In this document: in pieces, positions 13,083 through 25,145 of the stretch | Layout: each line of letters opens with the position of its first letter | Position numbering within the stretch: position 1 is the first letter of the stretch | Assembly (NCBI GenBank): GCA_002269645.1 | Contig: NIVC01003569.1 | Coordinates: 26,822 to 90,821, forward strand | Reading direction: 5' to 3' | Length of the DNA stretch: 64,000 nt | DNA from: Macrostomum lignano | Lineage: Eukaryota | Notes under the pieces: model-generated | The model's database searches: none | Seen by the model: only the letters and a program-made list of their open reading frames with translations | What the model was told of the DNA's origin: nothing | Translations under genes and position numbers: made by a program

Positions 13083-14824
13083 CCGGCATGACGTTCAGAC
13101 TCTAACCAAATTGATTTGTCTCAACATACTATAACAAACCGTATAAAACATTTCTCCATTAATTTTTTATTTACCTCTGAGGCATATTTCTTCTGACAAA
13201 AGTAAATAAGTATTTTGTCACTAGAGTCTTAAGACCTATTTCAACGAATTATACATTTTGTGTTTCCTGCTGCTATCCACTAATATTCAAGTATTCATAA
13301 AGGAAAAATTTAAGAGGTAGATTATGCGATTCTACACGATTCAGTACGCGATTTGCAGAGATTGCCCTTTTAGTGTAGGCAAATCACAAAAATTGTGTTC
13401 ACTGTAGCTAGGCCTCTGACTATTAGTATATAAGTACATTATATATATATATATATGCTCGTATAGTATAGTGACAGTCGCAGCTAGAATTTTTAGGTGG
13501 GGTCACCCGACCCAGTTGTAATAAAAATAGCTGCATGTAATAATAATAAAATGATGCGAAATAAAAAACTACATTTCGAGCCTGTACTGTGCCCCTTGGC
13601 TACACCACCTATGATATAGTTAATGATCTTTGGTCTACTTTTCTTTAACTGTTGATGAAATTATTGTATTGGATTTGAATCAGTGCAAATGAATTCATAT
13701 ATACTATATGTCTGAGTTTGAAAGAATGAATAGCCTTATCAATCCATTAACATTAGTAACTCGTATTTGAATTATTTAAATTATAAAAACTAGATCCAGT
13801 TTTAATAGAATTATTCAAAACTTTGTTCCTATAAGGTTTGTTTAGGGTACTAAGCTCAAATTCAAGCTTCATTTCTATGTAGCATAGGGAACCACCAGCA
13901 CCAGTGCATGGGAATATAAATAACTACTAAGATACTATACATTGATTAGGATATAATATTAGATATTATTATCGAATAACTATTTATTCTTCATTACTAA
14001 TAGTTAATAAGTTAATAATATACATACAGACAACTCATTTTTAGTATACAGGATGATTCATCTATTGATGATAAATACATAGTAAAATTTGTATACTATG
14101 TATAGTAATAGTAATATTTGTATATTATATGTGCTATAATAATACAAGAGCCTCAAAGGTGTATATAAAATGCAATGAATGCCCCAGTTTGTATTATAAC
14201 CTATTTTATAACCATAATACATATAACCATATAATTTCCTCTCTATAATTATTTATTTGCTCCATCTATAATTAGTGACATTTAAGTTAGAAATTATAGA
14301 TATTTTTATACTTACTATATTTTTGTATCTATTTGGTATTTATTTTTTAATTAATTTCCTATTACTTACTGGTATTGATTTCAATTTTAAAGATTATTTA
14401 AATGGATAAAAATATTTACTTTTCTAAAATGAAAAACAATTTTCTTTGTACTGAGGTTAGGCCTATTCTTTTATTGAGTTAAATTTGCAGCTTTGCTTAT
14501 AAGCTTAAATTTTTATTCATATAATCCTGTTCTCGTTATTGTCTATTATAATTGTTTTCATAATTGTTTTTACAATTCTAGTTTTATAACCAATATCAAT
14601 TTTATCAATTTTATAACCAATTGCCAGATCTATTTAGCAAAAAATAAATTTTCAGTACTCAAAAATGATAGTATATAAGTATAAATCTGCTTAAAAAAAT
14701 TTTTCTGTGTGAATCATTTCATATAAATGTTGGTAAAAAAGTTTCTATATTGTTGGTACATAATTTTTTTAAATGCATGTTACCATGTTTTCTCTATTAA
14801 TAGTTTGATTGATTGGCAGAAGTT

Positions 14825-17800
14825 ATGTTGAAGTGTTTTGAAAAAATACTAACATTCATTGGTCTGAAAAGACCTATGTATGAAGAGTTCAGAACTATCT
14901 ATGTCAACCACAAGCAGCTACAATCAAAGGATCAGTTTCATGAGGAAAAATATTCTTCTAACCATGTTGTTACTTCCCGTTACACAGCACTCAACTTTTT
15001 GATAAAAAATCTACTGGAACAGTTCAGCCGCGTTGCTAACTTTTATTTTCTGATTATTTCTGTTGTTCAGCTTGGCATTGATTCACCAGTTAGCCCCGCA
15101 TCTTCATTTTTGCCTCTGGTCTGCGTTATGGGCGCCACAGCCATCAAGCAGGCATATGAAGACATCTTGCGACACAGGGCAGATGACAAAGTTAATAATG
15201 CGCTTGTTAAAGTCATTAGAGATGAAGCTTTGGTTGACGTGAAGGCTTTTCAAATCCGAGTTGGAGATGTCGTTCGAATTCACAAAGATGAAAGTTTTCC
15301 TTGCGATCTTGTACTGCTTTCATCATCAGAAGATAGTGGTAAGTTTTCTGACTTAAAAAATAAGCAAAACGCTAGATAAAGTATGCTCGTACGTTGCCTT
15401 ATACAAGCTACATATAGCTACTGTATTTACCCATACTAGCTCGTATCTAAAACATTAGTCGGTGAATTTGAAAATAAACTAAAACGGATAGAGATAGGAT
15501 AATATTTATTAAGTATTTTTCATTTTTTAGCGACCAAAAACAAAAAAGCATACTTTTCTCATACGAGTATTTTGTCACGCTTCACTTTTTAGGGGAATGC
15601 AACATAACGACGGCCAATTTGGACGGAGAGACAAATCTAAAAACAGTATACTCTGTTGAACCAACCAAACCAATGCGATCTGCCTCCAGCATCTGTAAAA
15701 GCCTTCGTGCTCGAATCACATGCGAACAGCCAACCACCGACCTGTACAAATTTAAGGGTAACATGGTTGTCAGGCACAAGTCTAGACCATATGATAAGGT
15801 GACACTAAGTGTGAAAAATTTGCTACTTCGAGGCGCAGTGCTGCGGAACACAGAATACGCCATTGGAGTGGCAGTTTACACTGGACAGGAAACCAAAATG
15901 CAGCTTAATTCCCAGCACGTTCGACCAAAGAAATCTGTAATTGAGCGGCGACTTGACAAATTCCTTCTGTTTTTTATGATAGCCCTGCTGATTGAGTCAA
16001 TATTTTGCACTGCGATGAAATGGGGATACGCCACTTTGGACGGCACTGTCACAGGGGCATGGTACGTTTCTGCTGAAACCGCAACGCCCTGGAGAGTTAT
16101 CCAAGATTTATTGGGCTTCATAGTTTTGTTTAACTACTTGATTCCGATCTCACTGTATGTGACAATTGAGCTACAAAAGTTTATCGGCTCTATTTTCTTC
16201 GGGTTTGACTTGGATATGTACTTTGAAGACCCCGAAACTGGAGAAAAACTCCGTGCAAAGGCGAACACATCTGATCTGAATGAAGAACTGGGTCAAGTGC
16301 AGTATCTATTCTCAGATAAGACTGGAACATTGACAGAAAATAAAATGACATTCAGGAAATGCTCCATAGGCAAGCGCACGTTCTGCGATGACAACGGTGA
16401 ATTATGGGAGACAGAAGGCTGTGGTGGGCGCAAGCTGAGTCGTCGAGAGACTCTGGATGGTCAAGAACTTTTGTTTTTTACAATTCTAGCGCTTTGCCAC
16501 ACTATACGAGTAGAGCGGCCCAAGTCTTTTGACAGGGACTCGGCGGCATTAGCTCCGAATGATCGCAGGTACACGGCGTCCGAAGCGGAAGTCTACACGT
16601 ACCAGGCAAGTTCGCCGGATGAGAAAGCATTCGCGGAAGCAGCTCGAAACTATGGAGTAATATTTCATGGCACTGAAAGTGGTGTCAGCATCCTTAGCGT
16701 GACTAGTGACGGCGAAGAGGTTATTCATCGGTATCGAATTCTGCATGTACTTGAGTTCGATTCGGATCGCAAGTGCATGTCTGTTATACTGCAGCGGTCC
16801 AATGGGACCTACTGGTTACTGACTAAAGGAGCTGAGAGCTCTATGCTAGAGAAGTGCTCGACTGGAGATCGGGACTCAGTTGTGCAATACTCTGGTGAAT
16901 TGGCCCTTGAAGGCCTTCGAGTTTTGGTCATAGCTCACAAAGAGCTAACGGAAGAGGAGTATCGTCAGATGAGTTTACAGTTGCTCAGTGCGGAGCAAGA
17001 CGTTGCCAACAGAGAAGAAAGACTAATTGAAGCGTATAAGTGAGTAATATCAGATGAAATGTATTGCGATTTATTCTTAAGCTCATTTGTTCTTTTGTCA
17101 AAACGCTCAACTTCTATTATAAAACTATTTCTGCAAGTTCTCTACTTAAACTTTAAAACATCTATCCTATCTTATCAGGTCAGTGGAGTGCAATCTTGAA
17201 GCTGTGGGCTTGACTGCCATAGAAGATGAACTACAGTCTGGTGTGTGCGAGACCATTACCGCTCTACGTGACGCAGGTATTCAAGTTTGGGTGCTCACTG
17301 GAGACAAGCGTGAGACAGCGGAAAACATAAGCTTATCTGCCGGGCACTTTACCGAGTCAATGCAACGCATCCGCATCATCGACCAGCAGTCAGCTGAGGG
17401 ATGCCGTGAGAGTTTGCGTTGTGGCCTTGAAGAGATTGAAACAGGTGGCTCCCCACTTTCAGTTCAATATTGTGTTGTAGTTGATGGCCAATCATTACAG
17501 TTTCTTGTGGCCAACGAGTATTCTGAACTAAAGGACTCATTCCTTGAACTCTGTCGCAGAACTTCCGCAGTCTTGTGCTGCCGCTGCACTCCATTGCAAA
17601 AAGCAAGAGTTGTTTCCATGGTTAGAAATGGAATAAAGCCAGAGCCAACCACTTGTGCCATCGGTGACGGCGCGAACGATGTTTCTATGATTCGCGAGGC
17701 TCATGTTGGCATTGGAATCTTCGGCAAGGAAGGCCGTGCTGCCGCTCTTAATTCGGACTATTGCTTTGCTAAGTTTAGATTTTCTCGCAACGCTCTCCTG

Positions 17801-18598
17801 TTCCACGGACATCTCTACTATGTCCGTCTTGCAGTTCTTGTCTTGTTTTTCTTCTACAAGAATGTTGCCTTTATTACTGCGGAGCTCTACTACGCGTTTT
17901 TCTCAGCTTTTACCGCTCAGTCAGTTTACGACACATTGTTCCTGACCATCTACAATATGACTATGACGGCACTACCCGTGCTGCTATATGGGCTTTTTGA
18001 GCAACATTTACCGCGACACCGGCTAGAGTCAGAGCCAAGCCTGTATAGGAACATCGCGCAGAACAGAAAACTTTGGTGGAGAGAACTGGGCGGCTGGTGC
18101 ACAATTGGTCTGTGGCATTCCGTTTGTTGTTTTTTCGGAGTTGCTGCCGTGTTCTTAGTTAATGATTGGGTCGGCACCAATGGATTCGTTTTTGACGTTT
18201 ACGCTTTTGGAACTGTAGTAGTGTATTGTGTGCTAGCCTGCGTTACAGCACGAATTCTAATTGTGACATTCAGTTTTAATGTGCCTGCTCTAATCGGCTT
18301 GCTGGTAACAGCTATTGGATTCGTCCTAGTTTTGTGCATCTACAGTGTATCAACCGTGACCCTTCTGTCAAACCATCTCACCTTTTTATGGGCTTATTTT
18401 GATATAAGCCTTCAACCAATTTCCTGGCTTCTGCTTCTGTGTGTCTCAGTGCTGGCTCTGACCCCCGACATCATATTGCGTAGCATGCAAGACATTCGCA
18501 CTGACCGGTTGCTTAGGAGGCGTGGAACTGCTGGAGAGCTACCGGTACGTTTCAAAAATATTTTATCTAGTCGTTTGTTTTACCTTTGTGGCAACTGA
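14825..18598 (+). CDS. ATP11: P4-type ATPase phospholipid flippase, ATP11-like (spliced)
   Basis: Exons 14825-15338, 15593-17039 and 17179-18598 join in frame across GT-AG introns (3381 nt, ~1126 aa). Motifs: KNLLEQFSRVANFYFL, TANLDGETNLK, FNYLIPISLYVTIE, DKTGTLTEN (phosphorylation site), GDGANDVSMI. A further donor at 18545 and a short last exon from 18689 are possible. Paralog assignment is tentative. Confidence 0.93.
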
Positions 18599-20307
18599 CA
18601 TCATTGCTTGGGGACTGCTTAAGAAATAATATACACTCATCAAAATGTTACAATTTCCACCCCAAAACTAGTGGTCAACTTTTCTCAGATCTTAGCCCTC
18701 AAGTGACGCAATTCACACCATGCCCGCGGTTGTCGTCTTAACTGTTGGTGATGCAGGCCCTAGCCAGGGAAGCCTCTTTGTTCGCTTCGCTCACCAGGAA
18801 GCGACACTCACATGGCCCCTCCCCACCTCCTCTACAAGTTTAGTCTCGTTTTGGGAACTTGGGAAGCAAAGAATTTTTGTCCTTCGTTTACTGTACACTG
18901 AATACTCATATCTTTTCTATGTTATGCCTATATCTTCTCGTGCAGGATATCATTTAGGCAGCAAAAAACAACTGATATCAACTCACTCTGAGCAATTCTC
19001 TGATTTTCTAAACTCTAATTTTTTAATCGAACATTTGCATAATACATCATGGGATACAAGTGCTGTGTTCCAGCTTGTGTTACTAATTTGCCTCGATATA
19101 AGAAGGACCCGACTGTTTCCATCCACAAGTTTCCTTCTATCAAGAATCTGGATCTGCTGAACAAGTGGATCGCTACAATTCCTCGACAATGAACTGAGGC
19201 CGAGCTGTGTAAGCTGCGGTCTGACCCAAGTCACAACTATCGGGTTTGCTCTATTGCTACTGCTAAGCTGAAAAACCGGCGTCTGACAGATGATGCTGTG
19301 CCGTGCATCTTCCCGAATGTTGCATCCTACTTGAGCAAGGCCGTCCTGGAAGAGAGGCAAACCGCGGTTTGTACATCGGCTGAGAGCCGTCGAGAGAACG
19401 ACATTCAGCGTTGCGAGGTAGAAGCAGAGGAGCTTCTACAAAAGGATGTGATTTCTGACTTCCACGCTATTGGGTCATACGATCTACCAGATCGTAAGGT
19501 GCTCTCTAAGGTGCTTTTTCAAGGTGATCTCTGAATCGAGTGTAACCTTTTTTACAACTAGAATGTCCGGTGCCGGCAACTTGGAGATCGCCACATTGCT
19601 GAATGTTGGCCAAGAGCTGCTGTTTGAGGTCACAGTTGGTGGTGATAAGCAAGCCTCTTTTGCTGGAGATCTGGTAGCTGATGGCAGTCTTAAAACCTTT
19701 GCCCAACTTGAAAACATCCTAGCTAGGCTAAAAAATGTCCGTTTGGAAGATTGCCGGCATGGCTATAAGGAGCACCTCTTACTAGCTCAGGAGGCAGTCA
19801 CGAAAGCTATCACCGACTTGTCAGCTAAGATTGAAGTCAAGAGTGATCAAGAGCTGGATACATCCATTGAGGAGGCTGCTTTTGCTAAACTGAATTTTCT
19901 TGTCGAGCAGCTAAGCTTTTCGAGTTTGAAGAAGGGGAAGCTAACATACTCCAGCGAGCTACTTGCTTTTTCATACCTTTTTCATACCTGTTGCAGCACC
20001 ACAGCCCATCAGCGTACAATTTCATTCAGAAATCCAACACAGTCAACCTCCCAAGTGTTAGGCATCTGCAGAGGCTTTCTTCCGGGTTGAGCAATGACCC
20101 TGACATCAAGGCTACCGAAGATTATCTCAAGCTAAAATTTTACAGCCTGTCTGAGTCTGAGAGGGTAGTGCTTCTTGAAATCGACGAAATTTATTCGTCG
20201 AAGCGAATGGAATTCAGTGGAGGCAAGGTATTTGGCACTGACTCAGAAACCGATGAGCTTGCCAAACTGTGTGCGCTTTTTCGATCAAGTCGCTGCATGG
20301 AGACTTC

Positions 20308-23300
20308 TGTGAATTGGCTGTCTTATACCGATTTGAACTATACTGCTTTGTGCGCTTGGCTGCTCAATTTTAGCTTACCATTGTAGACCCTCCCCCTCCA
20401 CTGAACTGATCGATTTCTATTTATGCGTACAGTACTTCTTCGCAATGTACATCGTTCGTCCTAACTACATGTACTCAGTTCTATAATACAATATAAAGGA
20501 CCAACGCGTCAGTTTAGAAACGCTGTCTACAACTTGCGGCTCAAGCCAATTCAATCGCTTCGTCTCAATCTCAATTCATCACAATGGCGACGAGGACTTT
20601 TGGCCAAATTCCAGAACTTTCTGCTGAATCAGACCTTGAAATCTACGCTGAGCGCATGAACCAATATTTCATATGCAACAAAGTTGAGACTGCCGAGGCC
20701 AAGCGTGCTATCTTTCTTACTGCCATTGGTGAGAAGTACTACAAATTGCTTCGCGACTTGTGTCAGCCACAGAAACTGACTCAAAAATCCTACGAAGAGC
20801 TGCAGGACATACTAAAGAAGCATTGCTCGCCTGAACCTTCGGAGATCGCCGCACGTTTCAAATATCAGCAACGTCTTCAGCAAGATGGTGAATCTTTCGC
20901 TAACTTCTTGGCAGGACTAAAAAACGCTGCAAACCATTGCAAGTTTGGCGAATCCTTCAGGAGCGACTTCGAGATCAGTTTTTGTTCGGAATGAGAAGCG
21001 ACAATTTCCGCTCTAAGCTACTTGAGAGTTCGGATCATTCGTACGCTGGGCTGATCAAACTGGCCTTGGACCTCGAAGCTGCTCACAAATCTTCAAGCGA
21101 GATGGCGCACACTTCAGCAACCAATCGAGTCAGCGCGAATCCATCAGTGGCACGCCCGAGAGCACAGTACATCAGCCAACACTCTGGTCCCGCTGGATCA
21201 GCATCCAAGCCAGGTACCTGCGACAGCTGTGGAGGTCCACATTCGCGTCAGACCTGTAAATTCCGTAATTCGAAATGCCATGCTTGCGGGAAGGTTGGCC
21301 ACATTAAGAAGGTTTGCAGGTCAGCAAAATCTGTGAAACTCCTAGAGGAGAATGAAACCGGGTCTCAGTACGACGAAGAAAACTACGAGGAAGAGCCAAT
21401 ATTTCATGTCTCAATGACTTCCAAGTCCCCGATTCTGGTGCCTCTGCAAATCGAGGAAGTGCAATCTCATTTTGAGCTGGACACAGGATCTGCTGTAAGT
21501 CTCGTTCCTAAGGCATTCTATGATAGCCATTTGTCTCATCTGCGACTGCATCCGTCCAAGACGACTCTGCGAACCTACACGGACCAGGAGTTCTCTCCGA
21601 TCGGAGAAGTAACAGTGAAGGTCACTTACGAAGGGCAGGTAGCTTCTCTGCCGCTACTCGTGGTGTCTGAAGGCAGCGCTCGACTCCTGGGACGCAACTG
21701 GCTAACCGTCATCCGCCTAGATTGGCCTCGCTTGACAGCACCTGTCAACTCGTTGATCGCAGCACCTAACGATATGGCTACTGAGCTGGTCCGTCAGTTT
21801 CCGGATGTCTTCGCCGAGGGTCTCGGTAAGTATCGCCTCAGTGAAGTCGACCTTCATTTACAAGAAAATGCTACGCCAAGGTTTTACAAGGCGCGACCGA
21901 TTCCCTATGCTCTGCGTGAGACCGTCGATTTAGAGCTTCAGCGCATGGAATCAGAAGGGGTCATCACTCCAATAGCGACCTCTCGATGGGCTGCCCCGAT
22001 TGTGCCAGTAGTAAAGAAGGACGGTTCTGTACGAATCTGCGGAGATTACAAGTGCACATTCAACCAGGTCGCAAAGCAAGAGCACTACCCTCTGCCGAGG
22101 ATCGAAGATTTATTTGCGAGACTGGGTGGCAGCCACAAATGGAGCAAACTCGACCTGGCAAAGGCATTTCTGCAGCTCCCAATATCAGAAGACAGCAAAC
22201 AGTACCTCGTTATCAACACTCAACGTGGACTGTTCAAGGTGAACCGCCTGCCATTCGGTATCTGCTCGGCCAGTGCAATTTTTCAACGCATCTTTGACAG
22301 TCTGCTCGGGCATCTCAACGGCGTCCAGGTTTATCAGGACGACATCCTGGTTACCGGGTCTTCACTGGCGGCTCACAAAGAAAATCTGCTGCAAGTCCTG
22401 CACAAGCTTCAAGAGGCCGGACTGCGTCTCAACGTCGCCAAGTGTGCTTTCTTCCAAGACTCCATCGACTATTTGGGCCACCGAATTGACCAACACGGGC
22501 TGCGGCCGCTCGAGAGCAAGGTCGACGCCGTTCAGAACGCGCCGGCTCCGAAAGACGTATCTCAGCTGCGATCCTATTTGGGAATGCTGACGCATTACGC
22601 CAAGTTTCTTCCCAACCTGGCATCAGTCGTGGCGCCGCTTAATCAGCTCTTGTCGAAGGGAGTCAGCTGGCTTTGGGGCGACCGCGAGAATGAAGCCTTC
22701 CAAGCATCGAAGCGAATGCTGCTCGAATCAAAAGCTCTGATGCACTTTGATCCAAATCTGCCGATTCGTCTCGAGTGCGACGCTTCCGCGTACGGCATTG
22801 GCGTGGTTCTCAGTCACCGGGTGGGCGGTCAGGATCACGCGATCGCATTTGCTAGCAAGTCGTTGACTTCAGCCCAGCGAAACTATTCTCAGCTGGATAA
22901 AGAGGCACTAGCCATAATCTACGGTGTCCAACGCTTCCACCAATTCCTCTATGGGCGGCACTTTACGATTGTCACTGACCATCAGCCTCTGCTGGGACTG
23001 CTGGGCCCAGACAAAGAGATTCCGACACGTGCGGCTGCCAGGATGCAGCGATGGGCCATCCGTCTATCTGGATACCGGTACGCCATGGAGTTCAGGCCCA
23101 CCCAGAAGCACAGCAATTGCGACTCTCTTTCCCGGTTGCCTCAAAAAGGAAACTTTATTGAAGAAGAGGCGGTGCACTCGCTCACGCTCGAGGAGGACTC
23201 TTCCATTGCTGTGACTGCGGCTTTGGTCGCCAAAGCAACTCTGGCTGACCCTATACTGTCCAAGCTGCTTCGCCTTCTGCAATCCGGAGAGCGACTATCC

Positions 23301-25145
23301 GGCAAAGAATTTCCAGAGTTCGCTCATCAGCAAAACGAGATGACCATCGAAGCCGGCTGCTTACTCTGGGGGACTCGCGTTATAATCCCGGAGGCCCTGC
23401 GCAAGCCCGTCCTACAGGAACTCCATTTGGCTCACACCGGTGCCAGTCGCATGAAAGCCCTGGCACGCAGTTTTGTTTGGTGGCCAGGGCTGGACAAGGA
23501 CTTGGAGCAGTTGGCTAGAACATGCGAAACCTGCAAGGCTCACCAGTCTGATCCAGCCAAAGCTCCGGTGCATCCTTGGATATTTTCCAGCGAACCTTGG
23601 AGCAGAATTCACTTGGACTTTGCTGGTCCTGTTAATGGGCGAGTCTACCTGGTCATCATGGACGCTCACAGCAAATGACCCGAGGTTCGTCTAGTCAAGG
23701 ATACTTCAGCAGAAACCACCATCGCACATCTCTGTGAAATCTTCAGCCGTCTGGGCCTACCAAGAATTATTGTCTCCGACAACGGGCCTCAGTTCATTTC
23801 CAGGGAATTCGCAAGCTTTACACGCAGCAACGGCATTCGGCATGTCACGTCAGCGCCTTACCATCCTGCTACGAACGGTCAAGCTGAAAGATTTGTACAA
23901 ACACTGAAGCTGCACATCAGGAAATCCGGTCACTCCGCCGCTGCTTTGCAACGCTTTCTCTTCGCCTACAGGGTAACGCCGCATTCGACTACAGGCACCT
24001 CTCCCAGCGAACTGCTTCTGGGACGTCGGCTGCGCTCCAGACTGGACCTTCTGCGGCCATCTCTAGTAGACCAAGTGCGCGATAGGCAAGAGGCTGCCGC
24101 TGAGTCCCAGCGCCGCACCCGGTTCTTCGGGATCGGCGAAAATGTTCGAGTGAAAGGATTCGGCAAGGAATCCGGCTGGCTGCCTGGAGTGGTCGTCGCG
24201 GCGTCGCAACGGAACTACGATGTTCGAGTTGGCACCAGCATCGTCCGGCGGCACGTTGACCAGATGCTGCCTGATTCGGCGCAGCCTCCGCCATCCGCCG
24301 CTGACTCTCAGCACCTCGGCACCAGCATCTCGACTCCATCGTCGGCGCCTCCGGCTCTAGATGTTCTGAGCCCCGCGGCTGTCTCCGAGCCCGCTATCCA
24401 GCCACCATCGGAGGAAAGAGCCGCGGTCCCCGCAGGCCCGGCAGACAAGGCGGCAGCCGCGGACGCGGACGTACCTGACCAGTTGCCAGAGGGTGCGACC
24501 CGCCGATACCCGCCTCGAATTCGGTCATGTCCAGAGCGACTTCAAGTGGGGGTGTGATGGGTGACTGTGCGGGAGCTGACAATGATCTTGAACTGACTTT
24601 TCGCAAATTCTCCTGTCTCTCAGGTAACCCATTATTACGTATGTTTCTCCAATACAAATTATTGATTCACTACTAATTCTAGTTTTCGACAATGCAATAT
24701 TTCGCTATTTTGTTCGACACAATTTTATTTCCTTACTTTTCATCGGCTCAGCAGTTGTGTTTGCTAATTCGATTGTTTTCCAATACTAAAATACTACATG
24801 TACGCTATCGTCGATTCGCTTTTCGTAAAAATTCATCTCATTGATCCCACTTCCCCTTGGGGAGGGAAGTGTGAATTGGCTGTCTTATACCGATTTGAAC
24901 TATACTGCTTTGTGCGCTTGGCTGCTCAATTTTAGCTTACCATTTTAGACCCTCCCCCTCCACTGAACTGATCGATTTCTATTTATGCGTACAGTACTTC
25001 TTCGCAATGTACATCGTTCGTCCTAACTACATGTACTCAGTTCTATAATACAATATAAAGGACCAACGCGTCAGTTTAGAAACGCTGTCTACAACTTGCG
25101 GCTCAAGCCAATTCAATCGCTTCGTCTCAATCTCAATTCATCGCA
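20308..25145 (+). mobile_element. Full-length Ty3/Gypsy LTR retrotransposon, recent insertion
   Basis: 276-bp LTRs at 20308-20583 and 24870-25145 (TG..CA; two differences seen by eye). PBS TGGCGACGAGG at 20585, PPT GGGGAGGGAAG before 24870, 5-bp TSD ACTTC. Confidence 0.97.
20584..24557 (+). pseudogene. Gypsy gag-pol (Gag, zinc knuckles, protease, RT, RNase H, integrase)
   Basis: CHACGKVGHIKKVC knuckle, LDTGSAVS protease, YQDDIL RT, ECDASAYG RNase H, SDNGPQF and HPATNGQAERFV integrase. One apparent 1-nt frameshift near 20955 and an in-frame TGA at 23676-23678 where W is expected. Confidence 0.92.
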
